Source: an uncultured Pseudomonadota bacterium (lineage in GTDB: Bacteria > Pseudomonadota > Gammaproteobacteria > Steroidobacterales > Woeseiaceae). Taken from it: DNA of 32,000 bases. Below the pieces are notes generated by a model. The model did not search any database. It saw nothing but the letters and a program-made list of their open reading frames with translations, and was not told the DNA's origin. Where the stretch lies: positions 171,643 through 203,642 of the forward strand of contig CAJXJW010000007.1 in NCBI GenBank assembly GCA_913055625.1, given 5' to 3'. The first letter of the stretch is position 1; each line of letters opens with the position of its first letter. The position numbers were made by a program, and so were the translations under genes. Positions 1-10,890 of this stretch are shown here, in pieces.

Positions 1-693
1 CGCGCCTACGTCGGGGCAGACCAGGTCGTGACCGTGTCGAACGCCATCGCCTACAGCGTGCGGGCGCGGTATCCGGCGCTGGACGCGCTGACCATTCATG
101 ACGCCCACGCGCACCTGCCGTCGGACCCGGACCGGGTCGCGGCAATACGGGCGCGGTACCCGGACCGCTTCCTGGTCGCGCACACGGGCAGCTACGTGGA
201 CCGGACCAAGGGCCAGATGACGCTCATCGAGGTCGCGCGCCGGGCCGCGGCGGAGGGGCTCGACTGGCACTTCCTGCTGATGGGGTCCGGCATGGACGAG
301 GCTCGATTCCGCGAGGCGATCGGGCCGCTGACGAACGTCGAGCTTGCCGGTTTCGTCGACAACGTCGGCGATTACCTCGCGGCCAGCGACGCGTTCGCAT
401 TCCCGTCACGCGTCGAGGGACTCGGATCAAGCCTGCTCGATGCGTTGCAGTTCGGCCTGCCGGTCGTCGCAACGCGTGTCGGCGGGATCCCGGAACTGAT
501 CGAGGACGGGATCAATGGCATCCTGATCGACCCGGATGCGCCGGACCAGCTCTACGACGGCATTCGTCGGCTGGCGGCGGGTGGTCCGGACGTCGAGCGC
601 ATGCGCGCGGTGAATCCGTGCAAGGCCGGCCAGTTCGACGCGGACGCGATGGCCGACGCCTACGAGACAGTGTATCGGCGCCTGCTCGCCTAG
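1..693 (+). CDS. Glycosyltransferase, GT-B fold (group 1 / GT4-like), C-terminal part; 5' end lies outside the window
   Basis: This frame is open from base 1 (ORF track lists 28..693). It carries the C-terminal donor-binding signature 'PSRVEGLGSSLLDALQFGLPVVATRVGGIPELIEDGINGILIDP', typical of group 1 glycosyltransferases. Confidence 0.8.
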   Translation, partial: RAYVGADQVVTVSNAIAYSVRARYPALDALTIHDAHAHLPSDPDRVAAIRARYPDRFLVAHTGSYVDRTKGQMTLIEVARRAAAEGLDWHFLLMGSGMDEARFREAIGPLTNVELAGFVDNVGDYLAASDAFAFPSRVEGLGSSLLDALQFGLPVVATRVGGIPELIEDGINGILIDPDAPDQLYDGIRRLAAGGPDVERMRAVNPCKAGQFDADAMADAYETVYRRLLA

Positions 694-780
694 GCGGTGC
701 CCCGGCCGGCATTGGCACCCACTCGGAGCGCCGTCTCGGTTAGACTTGGGCCCGGTTGAAAATTGCTACGGGGAACCAGC

Positions 781-1575
781 ATGGGATTCATGGCCGGCAA
801 GCGTGCGCTGATCGTCGGTGTCGCGAGCGATCGCTCGATCGCGACGGGAATCGCGGAGGCATTTGCACGTGAAGGCGCCGAGATCGCCTTCACTTACCAG
901 AACGAGAAGCTGAAGGGCCGGGTCACGGGCCTCGCGGAACGCCTGGGACAGGACCCCGCGTTGTGCTTCCCGTGCGATGTCACGAGCGACGACGAAATCG
1001 CGGCGGTGTTCGAGAGCCTCGGCAAGCACTGGGACGGCCTCGACGTGCTCGTACACTCGGTGGGCTTCGCGCCGCGCGACCAACTCGAGGGCGGGTTCAC
1101 GGAGTCCGTCACGCGCGAAGGCTTCGCGATTTCGCACGACATCTCGGCCTACAGTCTCGCTGCGCTGACGAAAGCCGCGCTGCCGATGCTGGATGGCCGC
1201 CAGTCGTCGGTGCTGGCACTCACCTACAACGCCGCCGTGCGGGTCGTGCCCAACTACAACGTCATGGGCCTCGCGAAGGCCAGCCTCGAAGCCTGTGTCC
1301 GGTTCCTGGCCGCGGACCTGGGCCCGCGCGGCATTCGCGTGAACGCCATCTCCGCGGGACCGATCAAGACCCTGGCGGCAGCCGGAATCGGGGGCTTTCG
1401 CAAGATGCTCTCGTACGCGGAGAAATCCGCGCCGCTGAAGCGCACGGTGACGATCGAGGAGGTCGGTAACACCGCGGCCTTCCTGTGCTCCGACCTGGCG
1501 AGCGGCATCACCGGGGAAACCACGTTCGTCGACGCGGGCGCGAACATCATGGCGATGCACTTCGACGAGGAGTAG
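781..1575 (+). CDS. fabI: Enoyl-[acyl-carrier-protein] reductase (NADH), FabI
   Basis: N-terminus '[28 protein letters not shown]', catalytic Y-x6-K in '[13 protein letters not shown]', and '[11 protein letters not shown]'. Start placed at ATG 781 inside ORF 763..1575 to match the usual FabI N-terminus. Confidence 0.9.
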   Translation: MGFMAGKRALIVGVASDRSIATGIAEAFAREGAEIAFTYQNEKLKGRVTGLAERLGQDPALCFPCDVTSDDEIAAVFESLGKHWDGLDVLVHSVGFAPRDQLEGGFTESVTREGFAISHDISAYSLAALTKAALPMLDGRQSSVLALTYNAAVRVVPNYNVMGLAKASLEACVRFLAADLGPRGIRVNAISAGPIKTLAAAGIGGFRKMLSYAEKSAPLKRTVTIEEVGNTAAFLCSDLASGITGETTFVDAGANIMAMHFDEE

Positions 1576-1576
1576 C

Positions 1577-1599
1577 GGCGCGCGCCGATGGCGCGCGCC
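1577..1599. terminator. GC-rich hairpin between convergent fabI and mltD, possibly a bidirectional terminator
   Basis: GGCGCGCGCC (1577-1586), gat, GGCGCGCGCC (1590-1599). The 10-mer is self-complementary, so the two copies can pair. It sits exactly between the fabI stop (1573-1575) and the mltD stop (1600-1602). There is no U-tract. Confidence 0.45.
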
Positions 1600-3222
1600 T
1601 CAGGATGACTGCGCGGTGACGTCCACGTACATCGTGAGGCGCTGCCCGGGGCGCAGGATCTTGCCGGAGTCCAGGTTGTTCCAGCGGGCAATCTGCTGCA
1701 CCGTGACCCGGAATTTCTGCGCGATCAGGTACAACGAGTCGCCGTTGCGCACGGTGTAATTCAGCTTGCGCGTCGTGCTGCCGTGCAGCGACGTCGGCGC
1801 CGAGCCCGGCTTGTCCGTCCATACCACGAGCTTGCGGCCGACGGACAAGGTGTCGCCGGGCGCCATGCCGTTCCATCCTGCGAGTTGGCGGGTGGTCACG
1901 CCGTAGCGCTGGCTGATCGTCCAGAAGCTCTCCCCGCTGCGCACGATGTGTTCGACGCGGGTGCCCGAGCGTTCGCGGTTCTGCGTGTTCGCGAGGCGCG
2001 CGTCGGCGCTCTTCGTGTATTCCGTGAGCGGCTTCGTCGAGACCGGGATCATCAGGTACTGGCCGGCACGGATCGTGTTGCCGCGCAGCTCGTTCGCGCT
2101 GCGAATCGCCGCAATGGTCGTGTGGTACTGCTCGGCAATCTCGGAGATCGTCTCGCCGTTGCGAATCTTGTGCCGCTTCCAGCGGATGCGCTCGTCCTCG
2201 GGAATGCTCGTCAGCGTGTCGGCAAACGTCTCGGCGACGTCCAGCGGCAAGAGCAGGCGGTGCGGTCCCGCGGGGTCCGTGGCCCAGCGGTTGAAGCCCG
2301 GATTGAACGCGTAAACGGTGTCGACGTCGATACCGGCCAGTTCGGCGGCGAGGGCGAGGTCGATCTGCGTGTCGACGTCAGTGATCGCGAACTGCGGCTC
2401 GTCGGGGACGTCCGGCAAGGACAGGCCGAAACGCCCGGGTTCGCGGACGATGTCGACGAGGGCGAGGAGCTTCGGCACGTAGGATGCCGTCTCCCGCGGA
2501 ACCTTCAGGTTCCAGAAGTCGTCCGGCTTGCCGGCCGAGCGGTTCCTGCGGACGGCGCGCAGGACGTTGCCTTCGCCGGAGTTGTACGAGGCGATGGCGT
2601 TCAGCCAGTCGCCCTCGTTGAGGCCGTGCAGGTATTCCAGGTAGTCGAGCGCGGCGCGGGTCGAGTCCACGATGTCACGGCGGCCGTCGTACCACCAGTT
2701 CTGGCGTACCCCGAAGCGCTTCGCCGTGCCCGGGATCATCTGCCACAGGCCGGCGGCGCGGCCGTGCGAGTAGGCGAACGGGTCGTAGGCGCTCTCGACG
2801 ATGGGCAGCAGCGCGAGCTCCATCGGCAGGCCGCGGCGCTCGAGCTCCGAGCGGATGTACGGCATGTACCGCTGCGCGCGCAGCAGGACGCGTTCGAGGT
2901 AGGCGGGGTGGCGAACGTACCAGTTGCGTTCTGCCTCGATCCGCCGGTTGTCCGTGTAGGTCAGCGTGAACGAATCGCGCAGCAGGGCGAGGAGGTCGCC
3001 GGGGGCGGCGGGATCCGCCAGCGATGGCCCCAGGTCGTCGAGTTCCAGCCCCTCGATCGGCGAGACCAGTTCGAGCGACAGCGCATCCCGGTCCTTCGCG
3101 AGAAACGGCGGCGGCTCCGCACCGGCGGGGGCCGCGACGGCGAGAAGGCCGGCGCAAAAAACGGCACTGCGCACGGTGGATGGCAGCGTACTCTGCAATA
3201 ATACGGTCAGGGTGACGGGCAT
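1600..3222 (-). CDS. mltD: Membrane-bound lytic murein transglycosylase D-like (SLT domain plus three LysM repeats)
   Basis: SLT catalytic region 'LLPIVESAYDPFAYSHGRAAGLWQMIPGTAKRFG'. Three C-terminal LysM repeats: 'HKIRNGETISEIAEQY..', 'HIVRSGESFWTISQRY..', 'YTVRNGDSLYLIAQKF..'. Start set at ATG 3222, giving the signal-like 'MPVTLTVLLQS..AVAAPAGA'. The ORF-track start at 3249 is an alternative. Confidence 0.85.
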   Translation of the reverse strand: MPVTLTVLLQSTLPSTVRSAVFCAGLLAVAAPAGAEPPPFLAKDRDALSLELVSPIEGLELDDLGPSLADPAAPGDLLALLRDSFTLTYTDNRRIEAERNWYVRHPAYLERVLLRAQRYMPYIRSELERRGLPMELALLPIVESAYDPFAYSHGRAAGLWQMIPGTAKRFGVRQNWWYDGRRDIVDSTRAALDYLEYLHGLNEGDWLNAIASYNSGEGNVLRAVRRNRSAGKPDDFWNLKVPRETASYVPKLLALVDIVREPGRFGLSLPDVPDEPQFAITDVDTQIDLALAAELAGIDVDTVYAFNPGFNRWATDPAGPHRLLLPLDVAETFADTLTSIPEDERIRWKRHKIRNGETISEIAEQYHTTIAAIRSANELRGNTIRAGQYLMIPVSTKPLTEYTKSADARLANTQNRERSGTRVEHIVRSGESFWTISQRYGVTTRQLAGWNGMAPGDTLSVGRKLVVWTDKPGSAPTSLHGSTTRKLNYTVRNGDSLYLIAQKFRVTVQQIARWNNLDSGKILRPGQRLTMYVDVTAQSS

Positions 3223-3242
3223 CGGGCTATCGTACCGGCGTA

Positions 3243-4007
3243 ATGGCAATGCGCAAGTGGACAGATCACGAAACTCACGCCTGGCTGGAGACCCCGCTGG
3301 GGCAGTCCCTGCTGGCGCTGGAGGGGCGTCTCGCCGAGGACGTGCTGGACGGGGTCTTCGGCGAGGAAACGCTGCAACTCGGCTACTGGGGTGAGTCCCG
3401 CACGTTCCTGCGCTTCGCGCGCACCCAGCGGACCGCCGTCCTTGGGGCAGATTTGCCGCCGGACAACGGGACCCGCAGTGTCGTCGGCGACTATCACCGC
3501 CTGCCGGTCGCGAGCGATTCCGTCGACTCGGTCATCCTGCCGCACACCCTGGACTTCTCGGACCGGCCGCATGCCATCCTGCGCGAGGTGCACCGGGTGC
3601 TGCGGGCGGACGGGCACGTGCTGCTGCTCGGCTTTCGCCCGGGCGGGCTGTGGGGTCTGCGCCGGCTGATTCCCGGCGCCGGCATGCCGCCGGGCGCGGA
3701 ACACCTGTTGTCGGACCGGCGGCTGAAGGACTGGCTGCGGCTTCTCGACATGCGCATCCAGCACTCGCGCGGTTACTTCTTCCGCTGGCCGCTGCCGCGC
3801 GCGCGGCAGCCTCAATCGTCCCGCTGGGAGCAGCGCGGCCAGCGCTGGTGGCCGGAGTTGTCGGCTTGCTATATGCTCACGGCCCAGAAGCGCATCAGCA
3901 CGCTGACCCCGGTACGCCCTGTGTGGAAGAAGAAGCCGAAGGTCGTCGCGGGGCTGGCCGAACCGACCACACGCATCTCCCGCATTCGATTTGAGCAGGA
4001 ACATTGA
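3243..4007 (+). CDS. Class I SAM-dependent methyltransferase (type 11-like)
   Basis: '..[45 protein letters not shown]' resembles the post-motif-I/II region of Methyltransf_11 proteins. Its position directly upstream of rnhA-dnaQ is a common gammaproteobacterial arrangement. The glycine-rich motif I is weak. Confidence 0.6.
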   Translation: MAMRKWTDHETHAWLETPLGQSLLALEGRLAEDVLDGVFGEETLQLGYWGESRTFLRFARTQRTAVLGADLPPDNGTRSVVGDYHRLPVASDSVDSVILPHTLDFSDRPHAILREVHRVLRADGHVLLLGFRPGGLWGLRRLIPGAGMPPGAEHLLSDRRLKDWLRLLDMRIQHSRGYFFRWPLPRARQPQSSRWEQRGQRWWPELSACYMLTAQKRISTLTPVRPVWKKKPKVVAGLAEPTTRISRIRFEQEH

Positions 4008-4431
4008 GATCTATACCGACGGGGCCTGTCGCGGCAACCCGGGCCCCGGGGGCTGGGGCGCGCTGTTGATCGCCGGCGTCCATCGCAAGTCGATCTGCGG
4101 CGGCGAGCACGACACCACTAACAACCGCATGGAACTCATGGCGGCCATCCAGGCGCTGTCGGCGCTGAAGGGCCGGCAGGCCGTGCGCCTGCACACCGAT
4201 TCCAAGTACGTCATGCACGGCATCCGCGACTGGCTGCCGAACTGGAAGCGCCGCGGGTGGAAGACCGCCGGCAGGAAACCGGTCAAGAACCAGGACCTGT
4301 GGCAGGCGCTGGACGAAGTCGCCGCCAAACACGACGTCGAGTGGGTGTGGGTCAAGGGCCACGATGGCGATCCGGGCAACGAGGCCGCCGATGCGCTGGC
4401 CAACCGGGGCATTGATGAACTCGGGGGCTGA
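3991..4431 (+). CDS. rnhA: Ribonuclease HI
   Basis: '[22 protein letters not shown]', '[15 protein letters not shown]', '[18 protein letters not shown]'. Start is TTG at 3991, overlapping the upstream gene by 17 nt. Confidence 0.9.
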   Translation: MSRNIEIYTDGACRGNPGPGGWGALLIAGVHRKSICGGEHDTTNNRMELMAAIQALSALKGRQAVRLHTDSKYVMHGIRDWLPNWKRRGWKTAGRKPVKNQDLWQALDEVAAKHDVEWVWVKGHDGDPGNEAADALANRGIDELGG

Positions 4432-4470
4432 CGCGTTGCGGGGACCGTCGGCAAGGCACCGGAGCAGGGC

Positions 4471-5220
4471 ATGAGGCAGGTCGTCCTCGACACCGAGACC
4501 ACCGGACTGTCGCCGGCGCAGGGGCACCGCATCATCGAGATCGGCTGCGTCGAGTTGCAGAACCGGCGGCTGACGGGGCGCGATTTTCACCGCTTCCTGA
4601 ACCCGGAACGCGACATCGACGAAGGTGCGGAGGCCGTGCACGGCATCAGCCGCGCCGATCTCGAGAATCAGCCCCGCTTCGCCGAGATCGTCGACGACCT
4701 GCTCGCGTTCATCGCCGGCGCGGAACTCGTCATCCACAACGCGGATTTCGACGTCGGGTTCCTCGACCACGAACTGCGGCTGATGAAACACCCGCGACCG
4801 GCGCTTGCGACTCACTGCCGAATTCTCGACACGCTGGCGCTGGCGCGCGACATGCACCCCGGCCAGCGCAACAGCCTGGATGCGCTGTGCAAGCGCTACG
4901 AGGTGGACGCGTCCAAGCGCGACCTGCACGGCGCCCTGATCGACGCCGAACTGCTGGCGCGCGTTTACCTGGCCATGACCGGCGGCCAGGGCGCGCTGTT
5001 GCTGGACGAAGACCCGGAGAGCGCCGATGCCGCGCTGGCCTCCGCGGACTTCGCAGCGACGGCGGGCGTCGGCGTCGCGTCGTCCGCCGCGGCGCGGCTC
5101 GTCGTCATCGAGCCGACGAAAGCCGAACTCGAGGCGCACGAGCGGCTGCTCGCGCGGCTTCGGGAGGGCGGCGCCTGCGTCTGGGACGGGCGATCCGGGT
5201 CCGAAGCACCTGCAAAATAG
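4471..5220 (+). CDS. dnaQ: DNA polymerase III epsilon subunit (3'-5' proofreading exonuclease)
   Basis: Exo motifs 'RQVVLDTETTGL', 'LVIHNADFDVGFL' and 'HGALIDAELLARVYLAM'. Lies next to rnhA. Confidence 0.9.
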   Translation: MRQVVLDTETTGLSPAQGHRIIEIGCVELQNRRLTGRDFHRFLNPERDIDEGAEAVHGISRADLENQPRFAEIVDDLLAFIAGAELVIHNADFDVGFLDHELRLMKHPRPALATHCRILDTLALARDMHPGQRNSLDALCKRYEVDASKRDLHGALIDAELLARVYLAMTGGQGALLLDEDPESADAALASADFAATAGVGVASSAAARLVVIEPTKAELEAHERLLARLREGGACVWDGRSGSEAPAK

Positions 5221-5317
5221 GACCGGAACAGTCTAGAATGATGCGCTCGGCCGGTAGCCATCCGCCGCCGCATCGCGCCTGCGCGAAACCACAGAACAAC
5301 GAATGACAGGAGGCCGC

Positions 5318-6817
5318 ATGGCCAAAACCTTGGCACAGTCACTGCGCGCGAACTTCCTCGGAAATTCGCCGACCTGGTACAAGCTGACGATCGTCGCGTT
5401 TCTGGTCGTGAACCCGTTTCTCTACATCGTCGATCCGTTCCTCGCCGGCTGGGTCCTGGTCCTCGAGTTCATCTTCACGCTGGCGATGGCGCTCAAGTGC
5501 TACCCGCTGCAGCCGGGCGGCTTGCTGGCCGTCGAGGCGATCGTGCTCGGGCTCGCGACGCCCGAGATGGTGCTGCACGAGGCGGAGCACAACTTCCCGG
5601 TGATCCTGCTGCTGATGTTCATGGTCGCGGGCATCTATTTTTTGCGCGAGATGCTGTTGTACACGTTCACGAAGATCCTGCTGGGCGTGCGTTCGAAGAT
5701 GCTCCTGTCGCTGATGTTCTCGTTCACGGCCGCGGTACTGTCGGCGTTTCTCGATGCGCTGACGGTCACCGCCGTCATCATTACCGTGGCGGTCGGCTTT
5801 TACGGCGTGTATCACAAGGTGGCGTCCGGAAAGAATTTCACGGCATCCCACGATCACGGCCGGGATGACGAGGTGGACACGCTGCACCGCGAGGACCTCG
5901 ACCAGTTCCGGGCGTTCCTGCGCAGCCTCATGATGCACGGTGCCGTCGGCACGGCGCTCGGCGGCGTGACGACGATGGTCGGCGAGCCGCAGAACCTGTT
6001 GATCGCAGAAGTCATGGACTGGGAGTTCGTCGAGTTCTTCCTGCAGATGGCGCACATCTCGATGCCGGTGCTGGTCGTCGGGCTCCTGACCTGCTTGCTG
6101 CTCGAATACTTCGGCATCTTCGGCTATGGCACGAAGCTGGGCCCGAAGGTACGCGAAGTGCTGGAAGCCTACGACAACGAGATGTCCGCGAAGCGGACGA
6201 AGCAGGAAACCACCGTCATCGGCGTCCAGGCCGTCGTGGCGCTGGTCCTCGTTGCCGCACTCGGCCTGCACCTCGCGGAGCCCGGCATCGTCGGCCTGCT
6301 GGTCATCGTGCTCGCCACCGCGCTGAACGGCGTCACCGAGGAGCACCGTCTCGGCCACGCGTTCGAGGAGGCACTCCCGTTCACCGCGCTGCTGGTGGTC
6401 TTCTTCGCGATCGTGGCCGTCATCGACAACCAGGGGCTGTTCTCCCCGGTCATCCACTGGGTGATGGAGCACGACGGCAAGACACAGGCGGCACTCTTCT
6501 ACATGGCGAACGGCCTGCTGTCGATGATTTCCGACAACGTGTTCGTGGCCACCGTGTACATCACCGAGGTTGCCGAGATCTACGAGTCCGGCGCGTTGAC
6601 GAAAGAGCAGTTTGACGCGCTCGCCGTTGCGATCAACACGGGCACGAACATTCCGTCCGTGGCGACACCGAACGGCCAGGCGGCGTTCCTGTTCCTGCTG
6701 ACGTCGGCCCTCGCGCCCCTGATCCGGCTGTCCTACGGCAGGATGGTGGTCATGGCGCTGCCGTACACGGTCACCATGTCGATCACCGGCCTGCTGGCCC
6801 TGTGGTACCTGGGATAG
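5318..6817 (+). CDS. nhaB: Na+/H+ antiporter NhaB
   Basis: '[34 protein letters not shown]' and a polytopic hydrophobic profile throughout. AGGAGG lies 5 nt upstream of ATG 5318, which favours this start over the ORF-track start at 5303. Confidence 0.88.
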   Translation: MAKTLAQSLRANFLGNSPTWYKLTIVAFLVVNPFLYIVDPFLAGWVLVLEFIFTLAMALKCYPLQPGGLLAVEAIVLGLATPEMVLHEAEHNFPVILLLMFMVAGIYFLREMLLYTFTKILLGVRSKMLLSLMFSFTAAVLSAFLDALTVTAVIITVAVGFYGVYHKVASGKNFTASHDHGRDDEVDTLHREDLDQFRAFLRSLMMHGAVGTALGGVTTMVGEPQNLLIAEVMDWEFVEFFLQMAHISMPVLVVGLLTCLLLEYFGIFGYGTKLGPKVREVLEAYDNEMSAKRTKQETTVIGVQAVVALVLVAALGLHLAEPGIVGLLVIVLATALNGVTEEHRLGHAFEEALPFTALLVVFFAIVAVIDNQGLFSPVIHWVMEHDGKTQAALFYMANGLLSMISDNVFVATVYITEVAEIYESGALTKEQFDALAVAINTGTNIPSVATPNGQAAFLFLLTSALAPLIRLSYGRMVVMALPYTVTMSITGLLALWYLG

Positions 6818-6937
6818 GGGCATTGCCACCGGCAGTACCGGCGCGCATTGCGACCTGTGCACACCAAAAACGCCACCCGTCTGTGGTATCAAGCCCAGCG
6901 TGATCTGCATGGAGGCCGGCGCGTGCCGGCAACGTGA

Positions 6938-8218
6938 ATGTCCCAGGTAACGGAAGATCGGAAAATCGGGGTCATCGGGCTTGGCTACGTCGGGCTGCCG
7001 CTGGCCGTCGAGTTCGGGAAGCACCGCGAGACGGTCGGTTTTGACATAAAACGGCACCGGATCGAGGAATTGCAGGCCGGGCGCGACTCGACGCTGGAGT
7101 GCTCCGCCGAGGAACTGGCCAGCGCCCGGAAGCTCACGTATACCGCCGACCCGGCCGTATTGGCCGATTGCCGCTTTTACGTGGTCACGGTCCCGACGCC
7201 GATCGGCGACGGGCACCGCCCGCTGCTGACGCCGCTGCGCAAGGCCAGCGAGATGCTGGCGACGATCATCAAGCCCGGCGATATCGTCGTCTACGAGTCG
7301 ACGGTGTACCCGGGTGCTACGGAGGAGTTCTGCGTTCCGATCCTCGAAGCCGGATCCGGGCTCAAGCTCAACGAGGATTTCTTCGTCGGCTACAGCCCGG
7401 AACGCATCAACCCGGGCGACAAGGAGCACCGGCTGCCATCGATCCTCAAGATTACCGCGGGGTCCACGCCCGAAGCAGCCGAGGTGATCGACACGATGTA
7501 CCGCTCGATCATCACGGCCGGCACGCACAAGGCGTCGAGCATCAAGGTCGCGGAGGCCGCGAAAGTCATCGAGAACACGCAGCGCGACGTGAACATTGCG
7601 CTCATCAACGAGCTGGCGATGATTTTCGAGCGCGTCGGCATCGATACGGAGGAAGTGCTGCTGGCCGCAGGCACGAAATGGAACTTCCTGCCGTTCCGGC
7701 CCGGGCTGGTCGGCGGCCATTGCATCGGCGTCGACCCCTACTACCTGACCTACAAGGCCGAGCAGCTGGGTTATCACCCGCAGATGATCCTGGCCGGCCG
7801 GCGCATCAACGACAACATGGCACTCTACGTCGTGTCGCGCGTGGTCAAGCGCATGCTCAAGAAGGGGATACAGCCCCTGCAAGCGAAGGTCCTGGTGATG
7901 GGGCTGACGTTCAAGGAAAACTGCCCGGACGTACGAAATACGAAAGTGGTCGACATCATCCGGGAATTCGAGAGCTACGGCTCCCGGGTCGACGTCTGGG
8001 ACCCGTGGGTGGACGCGGACGAGGCAAGAGAGGAATATGGGTTGGAGCTCATCGCGGAGCCGCGGCCGGGAGACTACGACGCCATCGTACTCGCGGTAGC
8101 GCACCAGCAGTTTGCGGCGCTCGGGGCGGACGGCATTCGCGCGCTCGGCAAGGCGGAGTCCGTGATCTTCGACATCAAGTACGTATTGCCCGCCGCCGCG
8201 AGCGACGACAGGCTCTGA
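6938..8218 (+). CDS. Nucleotide-sugar 6-dehydrogenase (TviB/WbpO/VipA-like branch of the UDP-glucose/GDP-mannose dehydrogenase family)
   Basis: N-terminal NAD fold '[19 protein letters not shown]'. The catalytic-Cys motif is '[12 protein letters not shown]', which is the variant of the hexosaminuronate-forming branch rather than the 'GGSCFPKD' of classical Ugd. The exact substrate cannot be read from sequence. Confidence 0.8.
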   Translation: MSQVTEDRKIGVIGLGYVGLPLAVEFGKHRETVGFDIKRHRIEELQAGRDSTLECSAEELASARKLTYTADPAVLADCRFYVVTVPTPIGDGHRPLLTPLRKASEMLATIIKPGDIVVYESTVYPGATEEFCVPILEAGSGLKLNEDFFVGYSPERINPGDKEHRLPSILKITAGSTPEAAEVIDTMYRSIITAGTHKASSIKVAEAAKVIENTQRDVNIALINELAMIFERVGIDTEEVLLAAGTKWNFLPFRPGLVGGHCIGVDPYYLTYKAEQLGYHPQMILAGRRINDNMALYVVSRVVKRMLKKGIQPLQAKVLVMGLTFKENCPDVRNTKVVDIIREFESYGSRVDVWDPWVDADEAREEYGLELIAEPRPGDYDAIVLAVAHQQFAALGADGIRALGKAESVIFDIKYVLPAAASDDRL

Positions 8219-8236
8219 TCGGCCAAGGACGCCATT

Positions 8237-9262
8237 ATGAAGATTCTGGTTACAGGTGCCGCGGGATTCATCGGCTTTCACACGGCCCGGTACCTGCTGG
8301 AGCGCGGCGACACTGTCGTCGGGCTCGACAATTTCAACGACTACTACGACGTCCGCCTGAAGGAAGGGCGTGCGAGCCTGCTCGAGCCTTCTGAGCGATT
8401 CTCGATGGTGCGCATGGACCTCGCCGACCGGCCCGCGATGGACGCGCTGTTTGCCCGGGAGAAGTTCGACCGGGTCGTCCACCTGGCCGCACAGGCCGGC
8501 GTGCGCTATTCGCTCGAGAATCCGCATGCCTACATCGACAGCAACATCGTCGGCACACTGCACGTGCTCGAGGGTTGCAGGGAAAACGGCGTCGAACACC
8601 TGGTCTACGCGTCGTCGAGCTCGGTCTACGGCGCGAACTCCGCAATGCCGTTTTCGATCCACCAGAACGTGGATCATCCGCTCGCATTGTACGGCGCCAC
8701 CAAGAAAGCCAACGAGCTGATGGCGCACGTCTATTCGAACCTGTACGCGCTTCCGACGACGGGTTTGCGCTTCTTTACCGTCTACGGTCCGTACGGGCGT
8801 CCCGACATGGCGCTGTTTTCCTTCACGCGCAACATCCTCGAAGGCAAGCCGATCGACGTCTACAACTACGGTAATCATCGGCGCGACTTCACGTACGTCG
8901 ATGACATCGTCGAGGGGGTCGTGCGCACGCTCGACAACGTCGCGAAACCGAATGAAGACTGGGACGCGGCCAGCCCCGACCCGGGCACGAGCCGCGCTCC
9001 GTATCGGCTGTACAATATCGGCAACCAGAAGCCGGTGGAGCTGATGGACTACATTGCCGCGATCGAAGATGCGCTGGGGCGCAAGGCGGAGAAGCGGATG
9101 CTGCCGATGCAGCCGGGCGACGTCCCGGATACCTGGGCCGACACCAGCGACCTGGGCGAGGACGTCGGCTACCAGCCGTCGACGCCGGTGGAAGTCGGTA
9201 TTCGCCGTTTCGTAGACTGGTACCTCGAGTTTTACGACGACGAGTTGCGAGCCAGTGCCTGA
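8237..9262 (+). CDS. NAD-dependent extended SDR epimerase, UDP-glucuronate 4-epimerase-like
   Basis: '[15 protein letters not shown]', '[17 protein letters not shown]', and catalytic Y-x3-K in '[10 protein letters not shown]'. Confidence 0.8.
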   Translation: MKILVTGAAGFIGFHTARYLLERGDTVVGLDNFNDYYDVRLKEGRASLLEPSERFSMVRMDLADRPAMDALFAREKFDRVVHLAAQAGVRYSLENPHAYIDSNIVGTLHVLEGCRENGVEHLVYASSSSVYGANSAMPFSIHQNVDHPLALYGATKKANELMAHVYSNLYALPTTGLRFFTVYGPYGRPDMALFSFTRNILEGKPIDVYNYGNHRRDFTYVDDIVEGVVRTLDNVAKPNEDWDAASPDPGTSRAPYRLYNIGNQKPVELMDYIAAIEDALGRKAEKRMLPMQPGDVPDTWADTSDLGEDVGYQPSTPVEVGIRRFVDWYLEFYDDELRASA

Positions 9263-10877
9263 CGCCTTCAGCGAACGCAAGCTGACTGCCCGATATCCCA
9301 CCGACCTGCGCGCCTGGGCCGCACTCCGCGACCATTTTCGCGACGACATCCGCGGCCGCACGCTCGGCGACCTGTTCGCGCGCGACCGGGGGCGCGTGGA
9401 GCGCTTCACGGCGTCTGCCGGTGCGCTGTCGCTCGATTACTCGAAGAATCATCTCACGGCGAAGACGCGCAAGCTGCTCGTGCGCCTGGCGAAGGAAGCC
9501 GGCGTTCCGGCGGCGATCGAGGCGATGTTTGCCGGCGAACCGATCAACGTGACGGAGCAGCGCTCCGTGTTGCACGTGGCACTGCGTTCGAAGATCGCCG
9601 ACACGATCGCACTGGATGTTCCCGGTGTCCGGGATGTCTGGAAGGTGTTGAGTGCGATGGAGGTGTTCGTGGACGGCGTGCAGTCGGGGCAGGTCGCCGG
9701 CTCGACCGGCAAGCGCCTGACGGACATCGTCAACATCGGCATCGGCGGGTCGGATCTCGGGCCCGTGATGGTCAGCCGCGCACTGCGACCCTACTGGCAG
9801 GACGGGATGCGTTTTCACAGCGTGTCGAACGTCGACGGCACGCAGCTCGCGGACCTCACGTCGGAGCTGGACCCGGAGACGACGTTGTTCGTCATCTGTT
9901 CCAAGACGTTCACGACGCTCGAAACGATGACGAACGCGCGCATGGCGCGCGAGTGGGTGGTCGGCCGCCTCGGCGCCGACGCCGTCACGGACCATTTCGT
10001 GGCCGCGTCGACGAATCACGCTGCAATGAATGCATTCGGCATTCACCCGGAGTACCGCTTCGGTTTCTGGGACTGGGTGGGCGGGCGCTATTCCGTCTGG
10101 TCAGCCGTCGGATTGTCCGTCGCCCTGGTCACCGGCATGGGCGTGTTCCGCCGCCTGCTGGCGGGCGGACGCGTCATGGACCAGCACGTTCGCCAGGCGC
10201 CGTTCGAGGAAAACCTGCCGGTCCTGCAGGCCTTGCTCGCGGTCTGGTACAACAATTTTCACGGTGCCGAGAGCCAGGCGATCCTGCCCTACGACAACCG
10301 ACTGGATCGCTTCCCGGCTTACCTGCAGCAGCTGCAGATGGAGTCGAACGGGAAATCGGTGCGCATGGACGGGCGGCCCGTCCGTTGCCGCACGGGCATG
10401 GTGATCTGGGGCGAGGCGGGAAACAACGCGCAGCACTCGTTCTACCAGCTCCTGCACCAGGGGACGCGACTGATCCCCGTGGACTTCCTGTTGCCGGTGC
10501 GCTCGTCCGGCGCAACGCAGGCGCAACAGGACCTCGCCATCGCGAATTGCCTGGCGCAGGCAGAGGCGCTGATGGACGGCTACCTGGCGGACGGATTGGA
10601 GCCGTACCGCGCGCACGCCGGCAACAACCCGTCGAGCATGCTGCTGTTCGAGGAGCTGACGCCGGAAACCCTCGGCCAGCTGATTGCACTCTACGAGCAC
10701 AAGGTGTTCGTCGAGGGCGTCATCTGGGGCATCGACTCGTTCGACCAGTGGGGCGTCGAACTCGGCAAGCGGCTGGCGAGTGCGCTCGCCGGCGCCGTCG
10801 ACGGCAATTCCCCCTACGACGGCGGCAATGCATCGACAAGCGCGCTGCTCGAGCGAGCACGCGCCTACCGGCCGTGA
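9255..10877 (+). CDS. pgi: Glucose-6-phosphate isomerase
   Basis: '[14 protein letters not shown]', '[16 protein letters not shown]', '[12 protein letters not shown]', '[24 protein letters not shown]', '[16 protein letters not shown]'. GTG start at 9255 overlaps the epimerase gene by 8 nt. Confidence 0.92.
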   Translation: MPDAFSERKLTARYPTDLRAWAALRDHFRDDIRGRTLGDLFARDRGRVERFTASAGALSLDYSKNHLTAKTRKLLVRLAKEAGVPAAIEAMFAGEPINVTEQRSVLHVALRSKIADTIALDVPGVRDVWKVLSAMEVFVDGVQSGQVAGSTGKRLTDIVNIGIGGSDLGPVMVSRALRPYWQDGMRFHSVSNVDGTQLADLTSELDPETTLFVICSKTFTTLETMTNARMAREWVVGRLGADAVTDHFVAASTNHAAMNAFGIHPEYRFGFWDWVGGRYSVWSAVGLSVALVTGMGVFRRLLAGGRVMDQHVRQAPFEENLPVLQALLAVWYNNFHGAESQAILPYDNRLDRFPAYLQQLQMESNGKSVRMDGRPVRCRTGMVIWGEAGNNAQHSFYQLLHQGTRLIPVDFLLPVRSSGATQAQQDLAIANCLAQAEALMDGYLADGLEPYRAHAGNNPSSMLLFEELTPETLGQLIALYEHKVFVEGVIWGIDSFDQWGVELGKRLASALAGAVDGNSPYDGGNASTSALLERARAYRP

Positions 10878-10890
10878 CGGACGAGGTCCG

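Noticed and set aside
693-780. Possible fabI promoter (TTAGAC ... TTGCTA, and TTGAAA at about 755)
   Set aside because: The hexamers match the consensus poorly and the spacing is ambiguous, so there is not enough support to annotate it.
3895-5139. 414-aa minus-strand ORF
   Set aside because: It is antisense to rnhA and dnaQ, both of which have unmistakable motifs. The translation is low complexity.
6914-6929. Palindrome GCCGGCgcgtGCCGGC just upstream of the dehydrogenase start
   Set aside because: It is a 6-bp GC-only stem in a ~67% GC genome, so it is likely chance. It has no flanking U-tract or recognisable operator context.
5339-9409. 1356-aa ORF on the minus strand, the longest ORF in the window
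   Set aside because: It is antisense to three well-supported genes (nhaB, the dehydrogenase, the epimerase). Its translation is Arg/Val/Asp/His-rich low-complexity sequence with no motifs. This is the typical stop-codon-poor antisense frame of high-GC DNA.
10684-10890. N-terminal extensions of the two Wzi ORFs as listed in the track (10684 and 11910)
   Set aside because: The extensions lie inside pgi and inside Wzi-1 respectively, in other frames. Signal-peptide-like sequences follow GTG 10891 and ATG 12348, so those starts were used.
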